Assembly: GCA_963924565.1 (NCBI GenBank)
Contig: OZ004614.1
Span: 21,762,001-21,826,000 of the forward strand
DNA: 64,000 nt
Reading direction: 5' to 3'
Source: Ascidiella aspersa
Taxonomy: Eukaryota
The notes beneath the pieces were generated by a model, which was not told where the DNA came from, ran no database searches, and saw only the letters and a list, made by a program, of their open reading frames with translations. Positions 49,301 through 61,713 of this stretch are shown piece after piece. Both the position numbers and the translations under genes were made by a program. Position 1 is the stretch's first letter, and each line of letters starts with the position of its first letter.

Positions 49301-51606
49301 ATGCAGCCTTGTGTATGAGTGAGGGGAATGAAAATGGAATATACATTTTAAGAAAAAGGCTATGCAATTAATAAGGGTTAGCGCGAAACAAGAAACAATG
49401 GACGTTGGGCAACTTTTTTTTTTCCCACCAGAAGCTTACTTATTCTCGACTTTGTTCTTCAGAGTCTTTTATTATTCGCTTTCGTTGGAGTGGTTGCCAA
49501 CAAGTAAGTTGGCTGCTGACTTTAAGCCAAGTTTCGAACTTATGTGTCATTGGAACATGATACACAGTTTTTTTAGTAAGTTAAATAAAAAATACTTGAA
49601 TGGGAATGAGTCATCGCTGCTTACGCAACACCGACTTCGACAAATCGAAACTCGTTAAAAGCTCCACCTAAACGCGTCATTTATTCGGCGAACCGGTTTT
49701 ACGGAGATCGCCGCCGTCGTCGACCAAGCATTTCCAAAGAGGTCGCCAAACCGCAATTTCGCTTGACGTGCTAAAAAGCTGTCACGTGGGTTTGTCACAT
49801 GATGTGGAGTGATACTGGCGAGACCCAAATAAGGCTCGAGGCACGTGGCATAGTTTCGAGTTAGGCACTTATGAATTAAAATGCCTTTGTGTTTTCGTTT
49901 TGAAATCTTTTATAATGAAACGATTAATGTTACTTTGTTAAACAATTATAACCTGGCTTCAACCCAGGGCGACAACTGTATACCTTTGTATACCTTTTTG
50001 TGGCGCTGAGATAAAAATAGACCATGGTTTACAAGAAAAAACAGATTTTTGTTTTTGTTTCAAAAAACAAAAATAAAATAAAATAATACTGATAATAATC
50101 GGGTGTGTAAACATAATTGTCACCTTTTACGTCGAAACTAGTTTTTTACTAAAATTTTGGCCTCAGTTAAAATCGCCGCTCCCAATGACCTTAAAGTCAG
50201 TATGCGTTTGATCGATTCGTGTCTCGACTTAAAAATTAAATTTATTTCGCAACTATTTCGCCATACGTCGCAATCGTCGATAATAAAAGCATTACGATGA
50301 CGATTGCCTGGAAAAGATGACGACGATCCCTGTAAGAAGGGGCCGTTACACAGCGATTGGTTGTGTAAAGAGGTCTGTGACTGACACGAGATGGTCGTTA
50401 TGTGATTCATCGTCAGCGGTCCGACTATTTGCTAAAAAAATCGCCAGCCAAGCCGGGGTCACACGAGTTCGCCAGCCCTTCATCCGTTGTTGGGTCGATG
50501 TGGTGCAAAGCGCCTTATCGCTTGTACGATATCTGAAGTAATGGAACGGCATTTTACTTTCCCATTTAGTACCAGCGGCCTTGTGCGCACTTATTTTGCT
50601 TCTTGTTATAATGGCCCATGCTGGTTATGAAGTGTTTTATTTTCAAGTTTAAATTGCTCTTCATCGGTTCAATGTGATTCTTGATCAATATAAATTGTTT
50701 GTCCGACAAAGGTTTTTTTTTATTATATCTGCCTAATTACGATTAACTATTTATGTAATCTTGATCTACAGTAATACACCTGCAAGTTTAAAAAATTTAT
50801 TAATGTTGTTCACCACTATCAATACCGTTTTTTTTTCGTTTCGTTTATCCTCTTCAAAGCAACCACTTGATCGGTTTTAAAGTTTTCTTTTTGTGTTTTA
50901 AAATGTTACGTGTTTGAAAGCCACATCAAAACGTTTGAAGTCTGGTATATTTCAAAAATAACTTAAGAATTGGCAGTGGGGCGTTTGTGTTAACCTGCGA
51001 ACGATTTTTTCGAGTCTATTGCACTGATTAATTGATCATACCCCGAAATTTGGTTTAAGAAAATGTGCGAAGTCATCACAAATGGGGGGACGATTCTTTT
51101 GATCAATATTTCTTAACCCATGGGTCGCGACCGAACATTGGACAGCTGTTTGATTTGGTTGGGTCGAGAAATACAATTGCTTACAAGAATAGATTTATTG
51201 GGATAGGTTCTAGGTAACACATCTTCAACAAACAGTTTAGCTCTTGGAACTAGGTCGCCAAAACTTCGCTCTTTTTCTTATATGCCTAATATTCGGGCCG
51301 CGAAAAAAAGGTTGATCCTTCTAATGAAGCAAGCCAAGCCAGGCTGTATTTATTTCCTAATGTAGTACATTTGTTCGGGTAATATCAGTAGCTCGTTTAA
51401 GAAGCAAACCAACATGTAACATAATAAGGGAAAATAAAATAAAACGAGGAAAATTTGTTCGGAACACAGCAGTGCCCGTTACCCCAGTACAACATTAACT
51501 GAGCGGCCAGGTCGAATTGGTTATGTCCACTGTACTGAACATTTCTGTATATATTCTGATTTACTTTCTTCTAAATGGTAAAGCTATATAACTGAATCGT
51601 TAAAAT

Positions 51607-51705
51607 CAGGGCTGCGGAGTCTGAGTTGGACTCGAGAAGTCGGATTGTTTTGCTGGAGTCGGACTCGGGATTTGAGAAAGACCGCGTAAAACTACCAGAA
51701 TCTTT
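51607..51705. mobile_element. Terminal fragment of the CAGGGCTGCGGAGTC MITE family
   Basis: Same TIR and GAGTCGG/GACTCGG subterminal repeats as 56884-57429. Confidence 0.6.
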
Positions 51706-53165
51706 TCAGACCCCAATCGGATTTCAAAGTTGGCAACAGACGGCAATCGACGCAAAACACTTCGCACCTTGCACCGGATACGCGATAAAGAGGCCCGGTT
51801 TCCATCCGAACTACGTCAACAAACCTGAAAAGCGTCTGGCAAAAGCGGGCGCGTAACACAATCGCCCTAATTGCGGCGCAAATGCGCGAGCTTTTCCGCC
51901 AATCCGCAAAGCAACGCCGGCCGCTAAACATCGGTCCCGTGGAATTATTAGTTTATCCCCAGGCTTTGTTTCCGCATCGAGCCCCCCCCCGACGCACCTG
52001 CCTAATAACTCAAACCCAATTAGCCACATAGCAGCCCGGCACGATTTCGTTGGTAGCCCTGTGATTATGACGTCACAGGGAGCGCGGGTTGCGGATCAAT
52101 GTGGCTGAACCGATTTCACCTCGTTGGTGGTGGCGATTCGCTCGTGGAATGATTCGTAGTCGGGGACGCGTCATATGTATGAACTTCAAGTTTAAAATAG
52201 ATTTTATTTATACGTATGATACAGTTAAATTTTTCGATTTTTTGTTAGAAAAATTCCAGCTTTCGCGTGCAAGGGCTCTTATTTTAAACGCTTAGCTCTT
52301 TAATGGAGGCATCTATACTGGGACTTTTCACATTTAATGGTCAAACCGTATGGCGACATTTGTGTCATTTCAACAGTGCTATTTTTGCAATTTTTGTCTT
52401 TGCGATCCACTCTTTTCATTTGCTTTTTTAGCAAATTATTGCAAATTGTAAGCGAACCCTTTTGTAGAGTATATGTCTTTGTTTTAGTTCTAGTGTCTAA
52501 TTGCAACATTGGATAACTTTTTAACTAAAATAAATACCCCTATTCGCATCAAATTTTATTTTCCGGTATATTTCAGAATGCAAAAAAATTACATAAACTA
52601 CCAACCAACGCATCTGCTGTTTGGCATTTTTTTTAATTTCTTCTACTTTATATAGTTGAAACACAATCCTTAGGCTACTTGTAAAAACTTAATATTAATT
52701 TCTTTTTTACTTTCACCTAATTTTGTTGTGCAATAAATACAAATGTGCGTCACCGTCAGCCGTTTAATACGCAACATACGTCATAGAGGATTCCAAACGT
52801 ATGTTTGCTGTAATTTTTTAGTGTAGAGAAGTTTTGACTATTTGTCAAAAGCTTGATCTTTTGCGACACCTTGCGACAGTAAGAAGCGAGAACTTGTTGC
52901 GGATCTTCTCGCACTAACAACGGTTTGCCACTGTCCAGGTATTTCATACACTTCTCAAATCGACCTATTGGTATTTTGTTGAACTTATTTTGTAATATTC
53001 CAGGATTTTAGTCAGTCCTTTGCCGGAACAATCTTGTTAGTCAGAGCCCAGTTAGCAAACTACGTTACCTTTAAATATATATCGCAGGATGTGTAGCAAA
53101 TTATGGTGTAGTCTGCTCAACTTTTTTTGTCTACGCCGTAATGGGTACCCCAAGTGGATGCTTAA

Positions 53166-54757
53166 CAGGGGCAGATCTAGGGGGGGGTGGGGTCGATATG
53201 GCCATGCCCCCCCCAAACTTAAAAGATGTACATTTTTTTTACTTAATAGGCAGCTTATTTTCGCGGTTCCTTGGAAGTATGGCCTATTTTCGCCAAAATA
53301 AGACATATTTTTAAGCTTTGTAGTGGTGTACGAGCTTATGGCGCCATATAATGAATATTTCAAACGCGCACTCGCGCAAAGCGGCGTTTTTCAGATTTGC
53401 AGAGACGGCTTAAGTGACCGTACGCTGACCTCGACTATATAATAACTAACTTAAATCCAAGTATAATTAAAAGCTTTTTTGTTGTTAATGCAAATCTGTA
53501 TCAGAACCAGCCTGCCAATATACTTCATCCGGCCCGCCGCCTCTTTGACAAATTAGTCTTTTGACAAATTAGAGTCCATTTTAAATACTTTTTAACTATT
53601 TTAAGTGTGTAAATGCGAAACATTTTCGCGCTTCGCGCTAATGATCTTTATACGTCCAGTTTGTTTACGTTTTGAGGCTCTTTTTGAACTAGATCAGCGC
53701 TTCTTCACTGTTTCGCCGTGGAAAGCTGCCAAGTGTGTCGCGGACAAACGGAAAACGTATTCAAACATAATCGACAAATATTTTTTACCCATTTTTTTTT
53801 AAATGTAACAAAAACAAAAAATTTAAAAGAAATACCGGTATACCAAAAAAATCGCGCTCGCTTCGCTCGCCATGTGGGCCCCAAATGGTTAACAAACACT
53901 AAAATAGATTAACTATAAAATTTATCGCGTTTTCTCAAAGTAGTTTTATTACACTTTTTTAATAGTAGTAGGGGGATGACGACGTGTGCACTCGAATTTT
54001 AAACCAAGTATACGCTTTTTTCAGCGAATTTGCGCCAAGACTTTACTGCCTCTTTAAAAGTAATTATAAACACGCTTTAAAAGAGCAAAAAAATCCGAGG
54101 CCAACCTGATTCACAATTGTTATAAAGTTGTAATAACACAAAATCTCTTAACATATGTTGTGCGGCTCGCAGAGACCTTTTTGAGTTTGGTTTTGGCCCG
54201 CGACTACTACACAAAGTTTGCCGACCCTTGTGTAAGGATTTGAATAACCTATCCAATGTTAGGATTAACTCTGCATAAAGTTTTGCTCATTTCAGCAACA
54301 TTATTTGGCAAAAACTAACTACAGTAACTTAAAAATTGAGAGAAGTGTCATGAAAGAACCACAGCTGACCGCAGCAGACAACGCTATGGTTTTATTGCGA
54401 CGTGGCCTCGGCGCATTTTCGGAAGCATGTGCGGTTGCTCTCGCCTTTTCGGGAAAAAGCAAGATGTGTAGACAATAGACATGGTAGCGTCTTTCAGCGA
54501 TATTCTTCATACCGGGTCAAACTAGGAAACCGGCCCACTGTAGAGGCTAACCTTATTACTTTTTCGTGCTTTCAAAAGGTTGGTTTTTCGCGTTATTTTA
54601 CAGGAGTTAGTTTATTCGTCCAGCCGATGTTATTTTTACCTGAATTATGACGTCACGCAATGGTATACTTTTGTGACGTCATATCTGAAAAAATTGTGAC
54701 GTCATATCTGAAAAAATCCATGGCCCTCCCCAAACTGAAATCCTAGATCCGCGCCTG
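53166..54757. mobile_element. 1592-bp non-autonomous DNA transposon (8-bp TSD, hAT-type) with a nested MITE remnant
   Basis: TIRs CAGGGGCAGATCTAGG / CAGGCGCGGATCTAGG (14/16); perfect TSD ATGCTTAA at 53158-53165 and 54758-54765; nested remnant ~53505-54230 ending TTTGCCGACCCTTG; 23-bp tandem duplication 54671-54716. Confidence 0.9.
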
Positions 54758-55200
54758 ATGCTTAAAGAACCTCGTCGTAAATCAGAGAATCGACGCCAAA
54801 CGGATGGATTAGTAGTTATACCGTACATTACAAATTTAACAGAGGTCTTCCAGCGCATGTTACGCGACTTTGGCTTGACAGTGGCGGTAAAACCACATCA
54901 GACCCTGGGCAGGATGATTTCCCGACCCAAAGAACCCGTGGATACATTCCACACAAAGGGTGTGGTTTATTGTATTCCCTGTGCTGTATGTTCCGCAGTG
55001 TATTTTGGGGAAACGGGACGAGCATTTAATACGAGAAGCAAAGAACATCAACGAGAGATGTTCGGCAACATGATGCGTCGAAATCTGCTTTGTCTGTCCA
55101 GTCACGCGTCAAAGCAACGTCATGACATCGCCTTTGGAGGTGCATCTATTGTAACCCGAGAAGGAGAATCCTGGGCCAGTAGTGTCCGTAAGAAGGCTGC
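54758..55200 (+). pseudogene. GIY-YIG endonuclease remnant of the Penelope-like element
   Basis: VVYCIPC..C...YFGETGR...R..EH motif. The ORF's ATG lies in the duplicated target site; no RT domain is present. Confidence 0.85.
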
Positions 55201-55313
55201 AGCCGGTTATCGCGTTTTCGCGTTATTCGCGCCTTGTTTCCTTTTCCGCCTCGTTTTGCCACCTTGGTTTTTCGTCTTTTGTTTTTCGTCTTTTGACTTC
55301 TGTAAGGTACAAG

Positions 55314-55365
55314 TTTTTGCCCTGAAGAAGATTACCCGTATAGGTAATCGAAACATCGGCAAAAA
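55314..55365 (+). ncRNA. Minimal hammerhead motif in the PLE 3' end (probably inactivated)
   Basis: Stem I TTTTTGCC/GGCAAAAA; CTGAAGA+A; stem II GATTACC-CGTATA-GGTAATC; GAAA-CATC. Stem III is ACAT rather than palindromic ACGT. Confidence 0.7.
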
Positions 55366-55564
55366 AAAGGAAAATCGAAACGTCGATTTTTTCTGCAACA
55401 TACGCTGGATTAGGGTTAACTTACCCACAAATCCTCTAAAAGTAATAAAATAGTTTTCAAAATGTCTAGGTCATCAGTTGCACAGGACAGGCTCAGACAA
55501 AGATTTTGCAGTAGAAAGTCAAGTCATTTGCATAGAAAAACAAATGTGTTGAGTACATGCGTAA

Positions 55565-55875
55565 CAGGTGGCGGATTCAAGGGGGCACGTGTCAATGGAC
55601 CCCCAACTGTATTTTTTGCCTATTATTAAAACAATTTTCGCGCTTCCTGCCAGTCTGAGTAAGTTTCTACAATGTCTTAGCCACGTGGCTCTACCCCCTA
55701 AAATGCATTTTTAGCCTATTTTAGCTTAGCAAGTGCGATATTTCCAAATAAACGAACTTTATATGTGGTGTTTGTAAGGTTACTTTTTATGACGTCACGC
55801 TACGACGTTACTTGTGATGTCATCTCTGAAAACAAAAATAACATGCCCTCATACAAAACTCCTAAATTCACAGCC
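55565..55875. mobile_element. Degenerate relative of the 53166-54757 element
   Basis: Similar start (CAGGTGGCGGATTCAAGGGGG) and the same subterminal TATGACGTCACGC...TGTGATGTCATCTCTGAAAA block. Confidence 0.55.
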
Positions 55876-56883
55876 GTTCAAGCCAGATTTATTTCATGAC
55901 GTTTAATCATCACGTGTTTTTAACTTGGCGTATCGATATATAACGCGTGGAAACTGGAAGTATTAGTATTTCTTTTGGTTGAACTTATTGTGCGCATGGA
56001 CGTTTGACACAGTTATCCCAAGGGTGGAGATAAATCTGGTTTCAGTTACCGCATAATTCTTTGATTTGAGTCGAATATAATGGCTATAAGTTTAATGTAA
56101 TAAATTTCGGCGGTCTACTGTCCAAGGTACATAATGGCACTGTTAAGTTTTTTAGTTCGTTGTAGCTCCATTTTCGTTCTTGCGCGCGCAAAACATACTT
56201 TCCAGTCTTTAGGGCCAATTAGCTCCTATATGTAATGATCGCATTTTTCCGTGTGTGGTGCAGGCGGCACCAGCACCAAAACCAATTCACTTCTTGCGTT
56301 ACAGATGCGGACATTAAATTTGCCTTATTTTCGCCAAGTTTATTAATAAATGATTTATATACTATTGGCTAAAACCTTAATTTCGTATTGCAAAAAAACG
56401 ACACTATTTTTACACAGTTATTGCATTGTATTTTGCAGTTATTCTACGTCGTCCGTTGTCCAAGGTAATCAAAATCATTATAATAAACCAGTGTCGAGAA
56501 TTGCGAAGCTTGACATCTACAAGCAACCAACTACCCCGTTTTGGAATTAAAGTTGGTGCTTAACCAAGTGCTTAACTGTTAGTATTACAATATTCATTCA
56601 CTTGAGTTGAGATATTTTGCTCGAAAACAGCAAGTAAACTTACGTTAGGTCATTTATGGCAGCACTGCTTTCGTCATAAATAGTGGATTTAGTCCTGTTT
56701 CGAATTTATTTAAGTTTAATTTAAATCTGCTTTAATATTCTTTTGTCCGTTTGAGGGCGATATCACGACATTAAAGTCTTATTGAAATAAAGTTTATTTT
56801 GACAAAACGTACTGCAGCACCGATTTGGCGCTATAATAATTTATAACATTAGAGTGACTTAGTTAAAAATATTTACTTTTATG

Positions 56884-57429
56884 CAGGGTGTCGGACTCGG
56901 GACTCGACTGAGTCGGCTTGTTTTACTTGAGTCGGGCTCGGGACTCCGTAAACCTACCAGAGTCCTGATTCCGACATACACAATGCGCATGCGTAGTACC
57001 ACATTTTGAAACTAATATAACCCGCAACTGTAAATTGTAGAGGCGAAACAGCATAAGATGATTTTTTTCCAACCACGTATGGTGGGTGTAAGTTATTTAT
57101 CCCCACATAAGTGGATTACTGAAAATATACCTTTTTTAAATATGCTGTCGCTACCAGGCATATTTAAAATAGGTTCGTCTGGCATATATTTCTTCAACTA
57201 ACGTTTCTGGCTTAAGGCTTGCCGTATAGTAAGCCGAAACGTTGGTTGTTGAAATATATGCCAGACGAACATATTTTAAATACATTTTTTTAGTTCCTTC
57301 AATGGGTGAAATACAGACTGTGAAATCCCAATCGGACTCGGGACTCGACGAAATCTCACATTTGGCCGGAGTCGGACTCGGGGCTAGGGAGCCGGACTCT
57401 GGTTGTTTGTAACCGACTCCGTAGCCCTG
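56884..57429. mobile_element. hAT-type MITE carrying a nested fold-back insert
   Basis: TIRs CAGGGTGTCGGACTCGG / CAGGGCTACGGAGTCGG; perfect 8-bp TSD CTTTTATG (56876-56883, 57430-57437); GACTCGG repeats. Confidence 0.85.
57161..57282. repeat. Fold-back element with truncated hammerhead (stem II + GAAACGTT)
   Basis: 47-bp inverted arms 57161-57207 / 57236-57282 (4 mismatches); GGCTTGC-CGTATA-GTAAGCC-GAAACGTT; CTGANGA core absent. Confidence 0.7.
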
Positions 57430-60400
57430 CTTTTATGTTCAACATCAATTTGCTTCAGTTATTCAAGTCAAACTATCACTCTCTTTTTCACAACCAACAA
57501 TACAAATTTTTTTTGTTTTGAAGGCAATATAATTATTTTACTAATTCAGAAAAGTACAGAATTTTATTTAAATTTTCCTTTGAAAACAAATCGCCGAGGG
57601 TCCCATATTTTGTGGCGTATACAAAAAAATTATAGCACTAAGTTAAGCAAACTAAGATACACTGTTACAGCCCTGCTTAAAGATAGTGCGTTAAAATTAA
57701 ACGAAATCCTAAAATACCGAACATTTAAGTATATCCAGTGTTTTTACCGAAACGGTCCCCCAAATTTCTCCAGCGATTTTCCAAATTTTGGACTTGCAAC
57801 TTTTTGGTATTTAAATGAAACACTTGCGGTCTCTTAAAACTACTTAGCGGTCACCCAAACCAAACCTTAAAAAAAAACCTGAGTATATCAACGCCAAAAT
57901 AAAACCAAAATCCAAATAAGTCAAAAATAAACCAACAAATAAAAGTCGGCCATAAGATCTAGAGCAAAATTTAGCTATAAAACCGTCGTAATAACAAAAG
58001 AGGATACAACATAGCTTAACTAGCAACCCAACTTCATTACTTACCGCACAAATAGCTCCACCCGTAACCCAAGCTCAAACCTCACTTATTTACCACCCCT
58101 AATTATAAAAGTGGCCATCAATCTGGCAACAAAACAAAGAAACGGTCGTTGGGGTCCTAACTTTAGAAAAAAAAATTATTCACCTTTGTCCAAAAAAAGA
58201 TTATTCACCCTTGTCTCATGATGTGATAAAACATCTCGTCTATATATATAGCAGCACACCTGGAAATCCTCCCTGCTCGCAAGCTATCATCCATTTCTGA
58301 CGGTTCACCCTTATTCACCCCTTTTGGTTGGTTCACCCCTGCTCAAATTTTATTTACCCCGGGGGGTGAACCATTCACCTGATTAAGAAATACTGCTCTA
58401 GACCATTTGCTAGATAAAAATGTGTCAGTGTTTTGGCTTGGAAAGTTGGCGTGGAAGAGAAACACTGACAATGAAACTGTCGGCACGCCGGGAGTAATTA
58501 CCGGAGTAAGACTTATTTTTACGATGCTTGAAGCAAATCAGTTTAATATGATTTACATCAAGTGTACGGTGATGGTGTTATAATATCACCTCAAACGCCT
58601 TGTGGGCGCCGTTGTTTTGGCACCAAACTCTTTGTTTTGTTTTGGGTTAGTGGTGGGTAGGCCTAATGTGCGGTGTTAGAATTCGGGTTTTAAAATTACT
58701 AAGGGAAATCGTGAATGAGTTAAGGGTGGTTTGGGGTTAGGTAATGTATTGTTCAGAAATTGTTTTTGCCGTTAAGATCTTATTCTAACAGGTTTAAGGC
58801 TTATTGTGATTTAAACGTTATTCCGACTATTGGGCTTGTTTTGGTCTTCCCGAATTGTGCTTTATTCCGAATATAATGTTATTCTAATTATGGTTATCGC
58901 TGAATACTTTTTAGTGCTATATATTGTAATGATAGACTCACCTAAAATTCGAGTATGAATAAATCATATGAAAAATATTTTTGAAAAAAAAAAGATAGAT
59001 TTACGATGTTTTGTAAACTGGATTGCAATAAAATTACTTAAAACATTGTAAGCCCGATTAAAGTAATAGACTTGTGTAGCAACAGTTTTTTGATTAAAGT
59101 TTTATCTCAGGGCTTTTGTAAAATACAAGGACATAAAATTCTTATTTAATACATAACAAATTGCGAATACAACCAATCATTGCAAATTAAAGCTCTTCAG
59201 CAAATGCGTCATTCAGCCTAATAAAATAACAGTCAAGTGAAAGAAGAAGTTATTCGAAAATGTTTATAATTCAGAAGCGCGTTTCATAAATAAACTACAG
59301 AACAATAATATATGTAAATCCATTTGATCAAAACGATTACTTTGACAGAGATGATAAAGAATGCACATACACCTTGGCTACGCAGCACGTTGGTACGCAA
59401 ATAAAAAGAGGCTTAAATATTTCCTTGTATAATTTAACACGTTGCGTTGTTCTGTATTTCTTTTGGACCATTGCGTAGATCGTAATCAGACATAGGTTGA
59501 ATTTCGCCGAAAGATAAAACCTAATCCCTTTTCATTTGCGGCTTAAATTCAACGAAACGAAACTGTCAACAAAAACGTTAAGGTTTCACGTACACCGCTA
59601 AATGAATGTAGCTTAAGCGTTTTTGTATGTCAAGAGGAGTAAGAAGAAGCGTCGGCGATAATCGGATTTGTGCGCCAGTTGTTTCTAGCTATTCCTACGC
59701 TTTTTGTGTGACATTGCAACACAACTTAACGGAATCGATATTGTTTCCAATCCTTTGTACTAGACTTGGTAAACAGGCGGAAGTGACATAATAAAACGCG
59801 GAAGTGTGACGTCAAAAAAGCGTTTTCATGGTTTCGAAGCAAACGTCGAAAAGAACTAGAGTTTCAATGGTGCAAGAAAAAGAGTCCAGTGCAGAATTTA
59901 TTAGTCTGACATGCTTTCGAATGTTCTTGACAAATTGTGTATTTCGTGACAAATTGTGTCTAACAAATTGTGGTTATGCAATTAACAGGATTAAGACTAT
60001 TGCATGTTTGAAAGATGATCGTATAAGACTGTTTATAAAAACGGATAATTCCATTCCATTTAAGAAACTGACGATGCCTTATAGGCGAAATATATGTTTC
60101 TGTAAAACTTTAAGAAATGATTTTATGTTTTATCTGTTTTTATAAACCGTCTTAGGATCTTCTGATACGAAAACAAGAATCTTTCTTTTACATTTTATGG
60201 TCAGCGGAAGATTTCATACTTCGTGTTCCAGCTCATGTTTAAAAGAACGCACTTTGTTTACTTTATTTTTTTTAAGAACGTGGTTTCCCGATACCACAGT
60301 TCTTGCCGTTTAGGGCGAAATTACAAAGTATAAACCTCATTATGCGAAAGAACCCAATGGTGCTTATTCAACGTTTGGTAGCAGACAGTATACCTCACGT

Positions 60401-60617
60401 TTCCTGGTGTCATTCCGCCTACATACGCATTTTTGGGGCGATTTTTGCTTCTTCTCGGCATCCTATATAAAGCACGTCGACGTGATTCTAGGGGGGCGTG
60501 TCTTGACGTCACGCCCAAAGGCGAAAGAAATAAACAAAGAGCGGGCGATAACAGTGCAGAGGAATGACGAGGAGGCCGATTTCTCGTTTTTGTCACCTCC
60601 TGCTCTCGAGGGACGCG

Positions 60618-61386
60618 TCACACTGTCGAGGAATAGGAAACTACGCTGTGTGACAGCGAGCCGCCGCTTGTGCGAGGGATACAGGTGAGCCTAACGCGCT
60701 TACGCCAGTCGTGGTAGGCGTAGATCACCGACAATACGCCGATGAAGGCGTTCAGGTCGTATACCATCGACACCCAGATCAACGGATCGTTCTCCAAGTA
60801 GAACGAGGCAATGATCGCTCCCACATCCGTGATGATGATAAGGAAGAGCGATATGAGAGTGCGCCGGATGACCAGGTGGATGCGTCTGGCCGCCGACATT
60901 CCACAGCGTCCCTTCTTCTGATCCTTCGGCATGCGCTTCAGGAAGGGGTAGAGCAGCATGATTGCAAAGGCGGGCGAAAAGACAACGGTAAAGATCAAGC
61001 CGCTCAGCGCGCGCGTCGACTGCGATATGGTGCCTTTATCGGCGAATATGCACCCTTGTGGACTCGGCTCCAGGTAAGGCCCGATTACTGACAGACACCA
61101 GATCACTACGAAGGTGGTGAGCATGAATCCGAGCAGGAAACGGCTGAAGTAGATGCGGACCTTTCGCCTAGGAAGACTGGCCAGTGCTCTGTTGTCCTGC
61201 ACAGCATCCTGTCGCAGCCAGAGGATCAGCATGTTGGCGACCAGGTTGCTGCCGTATGAGCACATGAGCATGATACCGTACGCCATGCACGCCGGCTGGT
61301 TCTTGGTGCCAAGGAATAGGTCGATTTCGTTGCAAAGGCTCAGCATCAGGGCTGCGGCGCACGAATAAATAGTGAGGCGGCTTAAC
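60618..61386 (-). CDS. Orphan seven-transmembrane (GPCR-like) protein, coding exon 2 (TM2-TM7)
   Basis: Acceptor gtgtttag| in phase 2; six hydrophobic segments; Cys before TM3 and GC in ECL2; LWLRQ, LLYP, TD, YDL and WRKR motifs; stop at 60618. Confidence 0.88.
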
Positions 61387-61713
61387 CTAAACACAAAACG
61401 GTTCTATAACGAACTGACAAACGCACGACACGGGTATCTAGTCATACAGAACAGTACACATATTTTTCACTGGCAAAACTGACTTTGCATGTTACATTTA
61501 AGAAGGTTGCCAGCTTTAGCGTCTGTCAAGTATTTTTAAACATTATTTTTCTTATAAAACCAAATGGATCCGGTGTTATTCAATATTCACCCATGTTTTT
61601 TTCAATGCGATATCAATTTTGCACAGCCACTGTGCCGGGTTGTTCGAATCTAAAACATTTATTATTAATTACAGGAGCTTAGAACTGTAAATGATATCGC
61701 GAACTAAGCTTAC

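Larger units (their letters stand above)
53128..55400 (+). mobile_element. 5'-truncated Penelope-like retroelement, interrupted by a DNA transposon
   Basis: Removing 53166-54757 and one TSD gives the in-frame sequence CLRRNGYPKW-MLKEPRR..IPYI..GVVYCIPCAVCSAVYFGETGRAFNTRSKEH (PLE NGYP linker plus GIY-YIG endonuclease). A hammerhead-bearing 3' end follows. Confidence 0.88.

Noticed and set aside
54758-55453. Intact 231-aa nuclease gene
   Set aside because: It is a Penelope fragment: the start codon is in a TSD and the C-terminal third is read-through of non-coding terminal repeat.
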